64,000 nt of DNA. Source: a virus (Duplodnaviria > Caudoviricetes). The position numbers and the translations under genes are program-made. Below are positions 56,115-64,000 of the stretch, in pieces; position 1 is the stretch's first letter; each line of letters starts with the position of its first letter. The notes beneath the pieces are model-generated. The model made no database searches. It saw nothing but the letters and a program-made list of their open reading frames with translations, and had not been told where the DNA came from. The stretch lies in IMG/VR virus record IMGVR_UViG_2791354774_000003, one strand, 5' to 3'.

Positions 56115-56830
56115 ACGTCGATTACGTTCCTGTCGCTGATCTGACGACCGCCGCCGAGATGATCGCCCGGCAGAAGGAGATCCGGCGTCGGCAGGAGGAA
56201 GCAGGCCGCAAGCTTAAGGCGCTTCAGCCGAAGCCCGTTCTGGTCGAGGCGGAGCAGGAGCCGGCAGAAACAGCGCCGCCGCCGGCTGCCCTTCCGCAGG
56301 GATCGTCTGACCTGCGCGACGCGCTCGCACGCCTGCCGAGATCAATTATTCGCCGGGTGGCCGCTCAGCACGGAGTGACCTTTGACGACATCGTGGGCGA
56401 GGATCGCTCCGTTCAGTTCGTCACGGCTCGGCATGCCGCAATTCGAGCTGTGAGAGAGGCGCATCCGACCTTCAGCATCAAGCGGCTTGGACGCATCTTC
56501 GGCGGGCGCGATCCGTCTTCGATCCGCAATGCGCTCGGACTGAACCCGAGACCACGAAGCGCCAATCGGCAAAAGTCCGGAGTGGTTTGCGCCGAAGCGC
56601 CTTCGCCGATGCAAATCATCGAGGATACGTCTCGGAAGTACAGCGTGGCCCCGCATGATGTCATCGGTCGGTGCTACGTCGAAGCAGTTAGTCTCGCTCG
56701 CCACGAAGCTGTTGCGAACATTCGCGCGGCTCATCCCGAGATGACCGCGCGTCAGATCGGAAATCTCTTCGACGGCCGATCCGACAACTTCGTCGCCCAT
56801 TGCCTCGCCTACATGAGAAGAGCAGCCTAA
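56111..56830 (+). CDS. Protein with two tandem DnaA-domain-IV-like HTH modules
   Basis: VTARHAAI...IKRLGRIFGGRDPSSI and SLARHEAV...RQIGNLFDGRSDNFV. Confidence 0.75.
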   Translation: MNVDYVPVADLTTAAEMIARQKEIRRRQEEAGRKLKALQPKPVLVEAEQEPAETAPPPAALPQGSSDLRDALARLPRSIIRRVAAQHGVTFDDIVGEDRSVQFVTARHAAIRAVREAHPTFSIKRLGRIFGGRDPSSIRNALGLNPRPRSANRQKSGVVCAEAPSPMQIIEDTSRKYSVAPHDVIGRCYVEAVSLARHEAVANIRAAHPEMTARQIGNLFDGRSDNFVAHCLAYMRRAA

Positions 56831-57228
56831 TGACCCTCACATCAGAGACACGAGCGCCTGTGGGGACGAGAGAGGCGCCGAAGCTCAACGGCAAAGAGCG
56901 CCGGCTGCTTTCGGGCATGGCCTGCGGCGGGCTCCTGTACGTCTACGTTGACGCCGATGGCGGCGTGGACGGCGGCCCATTGCACGCTGGATGGCCGAGG
57001 CCGGGTACGGGCGCCGTGGTCTATGACGGCCCGCCTACGCCCGTCACCGCGCGCTTCGTCCGGCGGCTTCGTCGGCTCGGCAGCTATTGGGATCATTCCG
57101 CAGGGGCGGAAATGCTGACGGCTCGCGGTCGGGCAAAGGCCAGAGCGTTGCTCGGCGGACGCGATATCCTGTTTGTCGCGTCACCCCTCCCCGCCAACGA
57201 AAGCCAGAAAGAGGGGGCTGCGGTATGA
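56830..57228 (+). CDS. Hypothetical protein
   Basis: TAATG coupling. Confidence 0.45.
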   Translation: MTLTSETRAPVGTREAPKLNGKERRLLSGMACGGLLYVYVDADGGVDGGPLHAGWPRPGTGAVVYDGPPTPVTARFVRRLRRLGSYWDHSAGAEMLTARGRAKARALLGGRDILFVASPLPANESQKEGAAV

Positions 57229-57707
57229 GCGGGCTCGATGACCTCCTGCGCCTATTTCGTCCGCTCGCCCGGCAGGCCGATGCGCGTCCAATTTGCTGGA
57301 TCTCGGGCATTGGTGACGCCGGCACAGACTACTGCCCCGACTGCGCGCGCTGGAAGGCCAAGCACCTTCGTCGGCGCGGCGAGAAGGACGCTGTTGCGGA
57401 TGGCGGCTGGGATCACCGCCGCGAGAGCGATGGCACCTCATTCTGCGGCGGATGCGGCCACCTTCTCGGCTACAGCCTGAGCCAGTACGCATTCGGAGAG
57501 GAGTTGGAGCATTGGTCTTCCGACGCCTTGGTCGAGGCGATTGCGCCCATCCACGCATACGAGATCTGCGAGCTTCTCGACGGCGCCCGCGAGTATGGCA
57601 CGCCTGAACAGGTCGCTGAGACCGTCTCCATCGCGACCAAACTTGCGGCCCTCATACCGTCCTCGCCCACCCCGACCCCTGGCGGTCTCGCTGAAGGGGG
57701 GCGGTGA
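57225..57707 (+). CDS. Cys-containing hypothetical protein
   Basis: YCPDC, FCGGCG. Confidence 0.55.
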   Translation: MSGLDDLLRLFRPLARQADARPICWISGIGDAGTDYCPDCARWKAKHLRRRGEKDAVADGGWDHRRESDGTSFCGGCGHLLGYSLSQYAFGEELEHWSSDALVEAIAPIHAYEICELLDGAREYGTPEQVAETVSIATKLAALIPSSPTPTPGGLAEGGR

Positions 57708-58231
57708 TGGGCGCGATCATCTCTCCCTGCGGCCTGTACCGCTACCGGCTCGAACGGGATCTCGGCGGCATGCTCGCCGGGCCGACCGTCGCCTGGATCA
57801 TGGTCAACCCGTCCACGGCGGATGCTACGGCCGATGATCCAACCATCCGCAAGGTGCTCGGCTTCTCGCGTCGGCTCGGCGCCGGCCGGGTCGTCGTCGG
57901 CAACCTGTTCGCGTTCCGCGCGACGGACATCAAGGCGCTGCGCACGGCGTCCGACCCGATCGGCATCGACGGCGGCGACCATCTCAGGCGGATCGTGCGC
58001 GAGGCCGACAAGGTCATCGTGGCGTGGGGCTCGTGCGCCAAGCTGCCGAAGTGGCTGCGCAACCGGTGGATGGAGGTCGTCGGTATCGCCGAAGCCCACG
58101 GCATCCCGCTCTTCTGCATCGGCACGGCCCAAGACGGCCACCCGCTGCACCCGCTGATGCAGGGCTACGACCGGCCGCTCGTGCCCTGGTCGGCTCCCAT
58201 TTCCCCCGCCTCCCTCACCCCCGGAGCCTGA
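57704..58231 (+). CDS. DUF1643-like protein
   Basis: YRYRLER, MVNPSTADATADDPTI, NLFAFRATD, HPLHPL. Confidence 0.88.
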   Translation: MMGAIISPCGLYRYRLERDLGGMLAGPTVAWIMVNPSTADATADDPTIRKVLGFSRRLGAGRVVVGNLFAFRATDIKALRTASDPIGIDGGDHLRRIVREADKVIVAWGSCAKLPKWLRNRWMEVVGIAEAHGIPLFCIGTAQDGHPLHPLMQGYDRPLVPWSAPISPASLTPGA

Positions 58232-58235
58232 CGCC

Positions 58236-59735
58236 ATGTCCACCACCACCCACCAGGGCGCGGTAGGCGCTGAGACGATGACGGCGGGGCAGGTTGCCCA
58301 TGACGCGGCTTACGGTCTGTCGCCGGATAGCCGCCTCTGGCAGGCCCAGACTGAGAATGTGCGCGATTTTTGGCGCCGTGCGGCTGCGGCCGTCGTTGCC
58401 CTCGCTACACCCGCTCCCCGCACGGACGGCGGGATGACGGCGGGGGAGGATGCGAACTTCGGCGATGCACCTCATGATTTGGTGAGCGAGATCGCGACGC
58501 AGGTTCTGAACCTGCCCTGGACCCGGTTTGGCTTGACCGACCCTCGCAGCGGGCACTTCGATCATGATGCGCTCGCCGACCGGCACGGTGATGTGCAGAT
58601 CATTGCCGAAAAAGCGCTGCGAGACGCCCGAGCCTCTGACGCGGAAAGCGCGTGGCCATTTGAGCGGACGCGCGCCTACCTGCTCGCCGAGCTTGAACGG
58701 CTTCGCGCTGATCTGCACACGATCGGCGAGGATCTGACAGGCGAGCAGGGGAAGGCCGCGTCTTGGCTCGACGTTGCGACCGGGCGCGCGGCGAACGTGT
58801 CGTCCGTCCTCGCTTCAGCCGCCCCCGCCCAGCCGGCAGGGGCCGTGCCGGATGGCCTGCGGGCGCTGAGCGAGGCGGCGACGCAGGGCGAGTGGTACAC
58901 CGAGAGTGAGAAGTGCGACGGGTCTTATGGCTCGGGTGAGGACTGTGGCGAGGGGTATCTCGCTTACAGCATCTTGACAGACGCCGAGCCCCGCTACGGC
59001 AACCCTGGCGTGATCGCGGAGACGAGCAACAGCACGCTCGGCGTGATCCATGAGGAGTCGGACGAGGACGGCTTCACGGCTTGGGACGAGACGGCGCGGA
59101 CGAACACCGCCTTCATCGTCGCCGCCGTCAACTTCGTCCGTACCCTCCTCGCCTCCCATCCGGCCGGGCAGAGCGCCGGGTCGGAGGCGGGCACCGACGC
59201 ACTCGTGGATCGGTTCGCGCTGGCCCTCAAGGCGAAGTTGCGGGCAGCCGAGGCAAAGTACGGCTGGCAGAGCGGTTGGCTCAAGACCAATTGGCAGGCG
59301 GAGTGCCAGCAGGGTCTTGTGCGCCACGTCGGCAAGGGCGATCCGCTCGACGTGGCCGCCTATGCCGCGTTCTGCTGGTACCACGGCTGGCCCACCACAT
59401 CGCGACGCTCGACCGAACTCGTCACCGGCGCCGTGATCCCGACCGCCGGGGCCATTGCAGCTTACGCGGCTCGCTATCCGGACGGCTCTCTCCAGGAGAG
59501 CAGCGACAACGCCATCGAGTGCTGGAACCGAGTCGCCGTCGCTGCCTGTCTCGCCGAGATGCCCGCCCCCGACAGCACCCGTACGGGGGACGAGGGGACG
59601 GATTGGGTTCTGGTGCCCGCCAAGCCGACCGAGGAGATGATTGCGGCGGGCTGGATCGACAAGGAAGACGTAGACCCCGACGATATCTACCGCGCCATGA
59701 TCGCCGCCCGCCCGGCAGCCCCGGAGGCGCAGTGA
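58236..59735 (+). CDS. Mosaic early protein (Ea22/Ead-like and other modules)
   Basis: LRALSEAATQGEW...NTAFIVAA; HVGKGDPLDVAAYAAF; PTEEMIAAG...YRAMIAA. Confidence 0.65.
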   Translation: MSTTTHQGAVGAETMTAGQVAHDAAYGLSPDSRLWQAQTENVRDFWRRAAAAVVALATPAPRTDGGMTAGEDANFGDAPHDLVSEIATQVLNLPWTRFGLTDPRSGHFDHDALADRHGDVQIIAEKALRDARASDAESAWPFERTRAYLLAELERLRADLHTIGEDLTGEQGKAASWLDVATGRAANVSSVLASAAPAQPAGAVPDGLRALSEAATQGEWYTESEKCDGSYGSGEDCGEGYLAYSILTDAEPRYGNPGVIAETSNSTLGVIHEESDEDGFTAWDETARTNTAFIVAAVNFVRTLLASHPAGQSAGSEAGTDALVDRFALALKAKLRAAEAKYGWQSGWLKTNWQAECQQGLVRHVGKGDPLDVAAYAAFCWYHGWPTTSRRSTELVTGAVIPTAGAIAAYAARYPDGSLQESSDNAIECWNRVAVAACLAEMPAPDSTRTGDEGTDWVLVPAKPTEEMIAAGWIDKEDVDPDDIYRAMIAARPAAPEAQ

Positions 59736-59846
59736 TGCCCCGCGCGGCTTCGCCCTTGACTGCCCGGCGCTCGTCGGCGGGTGGGCTTTCATACGATCGA
59801 CGGACACGCCTGAGCGCTCAGGCGCTCTTCATTGGAGGGCGCTGAG

Positions 59847-60575
59847 ATGGCTGAGATACCGACCCACGCAACGCTGTTCATCAGCCTCTCGACGGACGCG
59901 TACGAGGACTGCGCGCAAACGGCGGAATGCTGGCGGTGCGAGACGCTGCCGGACATGCCGCAGGTGATCCGGGAGCGCACCGAACGCCAGGACAAAACGG
60001 CCCGCGAGATCGCAGAAGCCATTCGGGCGAAGGGCGAAAGGACGAATACGGTCCAAGCTGATGACCTGGAGGCCCTTGCGCGATCCATCGCTGCCGAGAA
60101 GGTCGGTTCGGCCGACCCCACGGGGGCGCGGCTGCCGGAAGAGGTCTGGCATCAGGCCATACCGGAGGCACGCCAGCGGATCGCGTCAAGGGAAGGCGAG
60201 CTACGCAAGGCCGCCAATACGGTTCTCTGGGCCTGCGTCGCCGACATGGAGTTCGGCCTCCCTGACGCGCTGCACGATGATGAGCCCGTGCGTGAGACCC
60301 TGTTCGGCGAATGGAAGTCGGCCCTGAGGGTCGGCGATCTGCGACGGCTCCATGCGGCACTCCATGGTCCCCGCTGGCCGTTAGCCAAGGATGAGGAGGC
60401 CGCCGAACTCTTCCAGTCCGAGCGCATCTCGGCGGCCCTGGCGACTTACGACTTCGTACTTGGCGACCTTGATCCGGGTGACCCGGATCGAGAGGAGCGA
60501 GCCTTCGATGCGATGAAGGCCGCCATCCAGCGCGCCGATTACATCGCCCGCACCGGCCAGACCGAGGAGCGCTGA
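59847..60575 (+). CDS. Hypothetical protein (cassette)
   Basis: GGAGG RBS and ATG supplied by repeat B. Confidence 0.6.
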   Translation: MAEIPTHATLFISLSTDAYEDCAQTAECWRCETLPDMPQVIRERTERQDKTAREIAEAIRAKGERTNTVQADDLEALARSIAAEKVGSADPTGARLPEEVWHQAIPEARQRIASREGELRKAANTVLWACVADMEFGLPDALHDDEPVRETLFGEWKSALRVGDLRRLHAALHGPRWPLAKDEEAAELFQSERISAALATYDFVLGDLDPGDPDREERAFDAMKAAIQRADYIARTGQTEER

Positions 60576-60576
60576 G

Positions 60577-60786
60577 ATGATCGAACAGCAAGAACGCGCT
60601 CCTGCCGATTACACTCGCGAAGTGATCCGGCAATCTCTTAGGCTCGGCGCCCCCGGCCTCGCCGAGCCCGCACGCGAAGCCATTGTCCGCAGCATCATGC
60701 TGAAACTGGAGGGCAACGGGTTGCTGGGCGCCCTGGACCGACCGCCAGCCTCATCCGGCAAGGCCCTAACAGGTAAGGCGCAGTGA
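60577..60786 (+). CDS. Hypothetical protein (cassette)
   Basis: Ends in the repeat C peptide PPASSGKALTGK. Confidence 0.5.
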   Translation: MIEQQERAPADYTREVIRQSLRLGAPGLAEPAREAIVRSIMLKLEGNGLLGALDRPPASSGKALTGKAQ

Positions 60787-60889
60787 TGCCCCGCGCGGCT
60801 TCGCCCTTGACTGCCCGGCGCTCGTCGGCGGGTGGGCTTTCATACGATCGACGGACGGCTGCGATCGCCCTTCACATGTGGAGGCGGCG

Positions 60890-61486
60890 ATGAAAGATGC
60901 GCGTCAAATGTATTTCGTCGTCGATTTCCGAAAGGAATGGACTCGCCAGCCATACATTACTTTTTGGGGTCCAGAAAGTGCCGGTTACTTCTGGTCTCTG
61001 CCTATGGCGGGACGATATACGGCAGAAGAGCTTGACGCCAGTATCGGCTACCACACAGTCCGACGCTACGTTCCAAGCAAAGGCGCCAGAGTCGGTCCAT
61101 GGGAACGCTTCGGCGTACCCTGCGAAATCCTTGAGGCGATGTCTGTTGAGCCGGATCGTGCGGGACGCTGGAAGCTCGATTTAGGCCAGGGTCCAATTGT
61201 CAGAAGTTCAGCAGACGTCAGAAGGCGCCTTACCGATTTTCGTTACGTGCCAGACCGCAAATATAAACAGGGTAATACTAAAATGTGTAATACGGAAAAG
61301 CAAATGCCGTGGCCTCGCACTCCAAGCCCAAACATAGCGTCCGCTTATGATCTTGATTGGATCAAGGACTGGCGGGCTAGAACCCTGGGATCGTTGCAAG
61401 AAGGAAAGGTTGCTCACGACAAAGCAGTATGCGCCGACAGCAAGTCCAGCCTGAGCGCTCAGGCGCTCTCAAATGGAGGGCGCTGA
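60890..61486 (+). CDS. Hypothetical protein (AT-richer cassette)
   Basis: GGAGG RBS; YITFWGP..AGY.W.L..AGRY motif. Confidence 0.65.
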   Translation: MKDARQMYFVVDFRKEWTRQPYITFWGPESAGYFWSLPMAGRYTAEELDASIGYHTVRRYVPSKGARVGPWERFGVPCEILEAMSVEPDRAGRWKLDLGQGPIVRSSADVRRRLTDFRYVPDRKYKQGNTKMCNTEKQMPWPRTPSPNIASAYDLDWIKDWRARTLGSLQEGKVAHDKAVCADSKSSLSAQALSNGGR

Positions 61487-61487
61487 G

Positions 61488-61964
61488 ATGAGCAAGAAGC
61501 TTGATGGAGCAACATTCGTTCTCAAGGCCGCTGCTCTGGCGGAAGTCTGCGCGCACTGGGCCAAGGGCTCGATGATCGCCCCACAATATTTACTTGAGCC
61601 GGTATACGACGACAAATGCTGGCAGTTTCTCGCAGAAATTCGAGGAAGATGCGATGAGATCGAACGGTATCTAACGTGCGATCCGAGCGCCCCGATCAAT
61701 AACCTAATGGGGCCTGCGCCCGGCACCTCGGATCAACCGTTGGCCTCGTCCGGGCTTTCGCAGGAAGTGCGCCAGCGCCTTCAGCAGGCCGTTGATGACT
61801 TCGAGAGCGAAGCGGCCGACGCCCATGACATGGGGGAGCGACCTGATCTCTGGGATGAGGTTGTGGAGGTGCCGATCGACGACGTGCGGACAGTGCTCGG
61901 GCTGCTTGGCGTCTCGGACCAACCGCCAGCCTCATCCGGCAAGGCCCTAACAGGTAAGGGGTAG
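61488..61964 (+). CDS. Hypothetical protein (cassette)
   Basis: Starts in repeat B and ends in repeat C. Confidence 0.55.
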   Translation: MSKKLDGATFVLKAAALAEVCAHWAKGSMIAPQYLLEPVYDDKCWQFLAEIRGRCDEIERYLTCDPSAPINNLMGPAPGTSDQPLASSGLSQEVRQRLQQAVDDFESEAADAHDMGERPDLWDEVVEVPIDDVRTVLGLLGVSDQPPASSGKALTGKG

Positions 61965-61968
61965 AGCC

Positions 61969-62190
61969 ATGATCGCTCGCCTCAATCGCCGCTACGACCG
62001 GATACCCGAGCCGTGGCGCTTCCTGATCTTCATGGGGGCCGTGCTGGTGCCCCTCGCGATCCTTCAGCCGTTCATGCCGCTCATCGCTTTGGGCTTGGCC
62101 TTCATCCTGATCGCTATGCGGATTTGGTGGCTCCAGTTCGGCAGCAAGCGGCCCGCCCTCAACCGTGAGGAGGCCGACCGTCATGGGTGA
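61969..62190 (+). CDS. Small two-TM membrane protein
   Basis: Hydrophobic core. Confidence 0.55.
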   Translation: MIARLNRRYDRIPEPWRFLIFMGAVLVPLAILQPFMPLIALGLAFILIAMRIWWLQFGSKRPALNREEADRHG

Positions 62191-62384
62191 CGCAACCAAG
62201 AGCCTCGCCGCCGAGATCAAGGCGGTGCGCGACTGCCAGACGCTTTTCCTCGCCGACTACAAGGAAGCATGGGAGAGCCGCGAGGCCACCGACTGGCATG
62301 CAGCCGCGCTGATGGCGAAGGGCCTCTCGAACGCCGTCGAGCGCCTGCTCGCTGCCCTCCCTCTCCAGCCCGAAGGGGAGCGGA

Positions 62385-62651
62385 ATGACCGGTAACGGCA
62401 ACAACGCGCCCGACTTCGACCCGCTGAACCCCACGCCGCAGGAAGCGCACGACATGCTCGGCGGCTATCTAGCGGCCAGTGGCAGCTTTGAGCGTCCGGC
62501 CTTCCCGTCCGTCGCCTTCGAACACGGCTGGCGGATGCGTCGCAACGACATGGCCGGCGTGGTGGACGACGATCAGCGCAAGAATGCGGCTCGGCTTCGA
62601 GACCAACCCACCCCCACCACCGAAGACAAGGGGAGAGAGGATCTTGCCTAG
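62385..62651 (+). CDS. Hypothetical protein
   Basis: GGAG RBS; AFEHGWR motif. Confidence 0.5.
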   Translation: MTGNGNNAPDFDPLNPTPQEAHDMLGGYLAASGSFERPAFPSVAFEHGWRMRRNDMAGVVDDDQRKNAARLRDQPTPTTEDKGREDLA

Positions 62652-62910
62652 AGAGAGGGGCGGACGCTCTGGCCTTGAGCCTCGGGGCATGACCCGCGAA
62701 GCCGCGGCGGCCTATTGCAGCCTGTCGCCGGCGACATGGGATCGGTGGGTGAGCGACGGCCGCATGCCGCCTCCCCTGCCCGGCACGCACCGGTGGGACC
62801 GCAAGGCGATTGATCGCGCATGGGACATGATTTCAGGCATCGGCGCCTCCGAAATGAGTGCCGCCGACATGGCGATGGAGGAATGGAGGAAGACCTACCG
62901 TGCGGGTTAA
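62644..62910 (+). CDS. xis: Excisionase (AlpA/Xis-like HTH)
   Basis: REAAAAYCSLSPATWDRWVSDGRMPPP...RWDRKAID; overlaps the int start. Confidence 0.8.
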   Translation: MPRERGGRSGLEPRGMTREAAAAYCSLSPATWDRWVSDGRMPPPLPGTHRWDRKAIDRAWDMISGIGASEMSAADMAMEEWRKTYRAG

Positions 62911-64000
62911 AATGACCGGCCTGCACGCCGTGAAGATGAAGCTCGCGGGCGGCAAGGAGCGCACCTACTACTACGCTTGGCGCGGTGGCCCTCGGCTTGA
63001 GGGGCGCTATGGCTCGCCGGAGTTCTTGGCAAGCTACAATGCAGCCGTGGCCTCGCGGAAGGTGCTACCACAAGGGCAGTTCCGATCCGTCATCGCCGCC
63101 TACAAGGAGTCCGCCGAGTTCAACAAGCAGCTCTCGCCGCGGACCAAGGCCGACTACCTGAAGCACCTCGTCAAGATCGAGGAAAAGTTCGGCGCAATGC
63201 CTATCGTGGCGTTCGATGAGAAGTTCCGGACGGAGACGCGCGGCAACTTCAAGGCTTGGCGCGATGTCCTCTCCAAAGCCTCCGTACGGCAGGCCGACTA
63301 CGCTTGGAGCATCCTCGCCCGTGTTTGCTCATGGGGCAAGGACCGGGGCAAGCTCGCCACGAACCCAGCCGAAAAGGGCGGGCGGCTCTATGTGGCCGAG
63401 CGCACCGACAAGATTTGGACTGGCGAGGACGAGGCCCGGTTCCTGCTGAAGGCACCCGGCCACATGCGCTTGCCACTGCTGCTGGCTCTCTGGACTGGCC
63501 AGCGGCAGGGCGACCTCCTACGGCTCGTGTGGTCTGCCTACGACGGCAAGGCCCTACGGTTCATGCAGGGGAAGACCAGGAAGAACATCATGATCCCCTG
63601 CGGCGAGGTGCTTCGGATCGCCCTAGACGCCGAGAAGGCGCGCGAGCGCTCAGGCTTCGTACTGCTGACGCTGGATGGCAAACCGTGGACCGCTGATGGC
63701 TTCCGTTCGTCTTGGCGCAAAGCGTGTGCGAAGGCCAAGGTCGAGGGCGTCACCTTCCACGATCTGCGCGGCTCTGCCGTCACGCGGCTGGCTCTCGCCG
63801 GTTGCTCCGTGCCTGAGATCGCCGCCATCACAGGGCATTCCCTGAAAGATGTCGAGGCGATCCTAGACAAGCACTACCTGAGTCGCGGGAACGGCCTCGC
63901 GGAGAGCGCCATGCGCAAGCTTGAAGCCGCCGTTTCGGCCGGCGCCAAGCCCGAAGTCCCTGGGGAAATCCTTTTACAAACCGAAGCTAACCCACTCTGA
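62900..64000 (+). CDS. int: Tyrosine integrase
   Basis: YYYAWRGG N-terminus; TGQRQGD, FHDLR, ITGH, KHYL catalytic motifs. Confidence 0.95.
   Translation: MRVKMTGLHAVKMKLAGGKERTYYYAWRGGPRLEGRYGSPEFLASYNAAVASRKVLPQGQFRSVIAAYKESAEFNKQLSPRTKADYLKHLVKIEEKFGAMPIVAFDEKFRTETRGNFKAWRDVLSKASVRQADYAWSILARVCSWGKDRGKLATNPAEKGGRLYVAERTDKIWTGEDEARFLLKAPGHMRLPLLLALWTGQRQGDLLRLVWSAYDGKALRFMQGKTRKNIMIPCGEVLRIALDAEKARERSGFVLLTLDGKPWTADGFRSSWRKACAKAKVEGVTFHDLRGSAVTRLALAGCSVPEIAAITGHSLKDVEAILDKHYLSRGNGLAESAMRKLEAAVSAGAKPEVPGEILLQTEANPL

Larger units (their letters stand above)
59725..61959. repeat. Three families of interleaved direct repeats between early genes
   Basis: A: 81 bp at 59725-59805 = 60776-60856; B: 42 bp at 59808-59849 and 61449-61490; C: 38 bp at 60741-60778 = 61922-61959. 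Confidence 0.9.
1..64000. mobile_element. Temperate prophage, contractile-tail type, nearly complete; lysis end and att sites lie outside the window
   Basis: Ordered lysis, tail, head, packaging, replication, immunity, early and integrase modules. Confidence 0.96.

Noticed and set aside
13179-61670. Self-targets of the guides: TTGAACATC at 13179 and 41311, TCTGATGGA at 49192, GAACGGTAT near 61662, ATGTATCAT (8/9) at 14097
   Set aside because: Only single 9-mers match and the adjacent second half does not, which is expected by chance. The visual search was not exhaustive.
63900-64000. att site
   Set aside because: The window ends at the integrase stop; no core duplication can be identified.

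Overview
The window is almost entirely one temperate prophage with a contractile tail (myovirus-type), from a high-GC host that is probably an alphaproteobacterium such as Methylobacterium (inferred from gene content only). Left to right: a truncated GH24 endolysin; tail fibre, tailspike and baseplate genes (minus strand); an accessory island at about 14.06-20.85 kb; tape measure, tail, neck, capsid, portal and terminase genes with an Acb1-like anti-CBASS gene; a structured late leader with tRNA-Thr(UGU) behind a NusG-type antiterminator; a replication module with iterons; a cI/cro switch with 17-bp operators; and a rightward early operon ending in xis/int. The main finding is in the island. 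A nuclease-less IS110/Nop-domain protein (TasA-like, 15139-16119) is accompanied by six dispersed stem-loop units with the exact architecture stem-CC(A/G)-N9-(T/C)G-N4-CC(A/C)-N9-(T/C)G-stem, i.e. TIGR-like dual-spacer guide RNAs. Four of the six lie inside the protein's own reading frame. The operon also has an unknown partner gene and a divergent XRE repressor with three operators, and sits beside a HigBA toxin-antitoxin pair. All calls come from reading the sequence and recognising motifs; no database searches were run.
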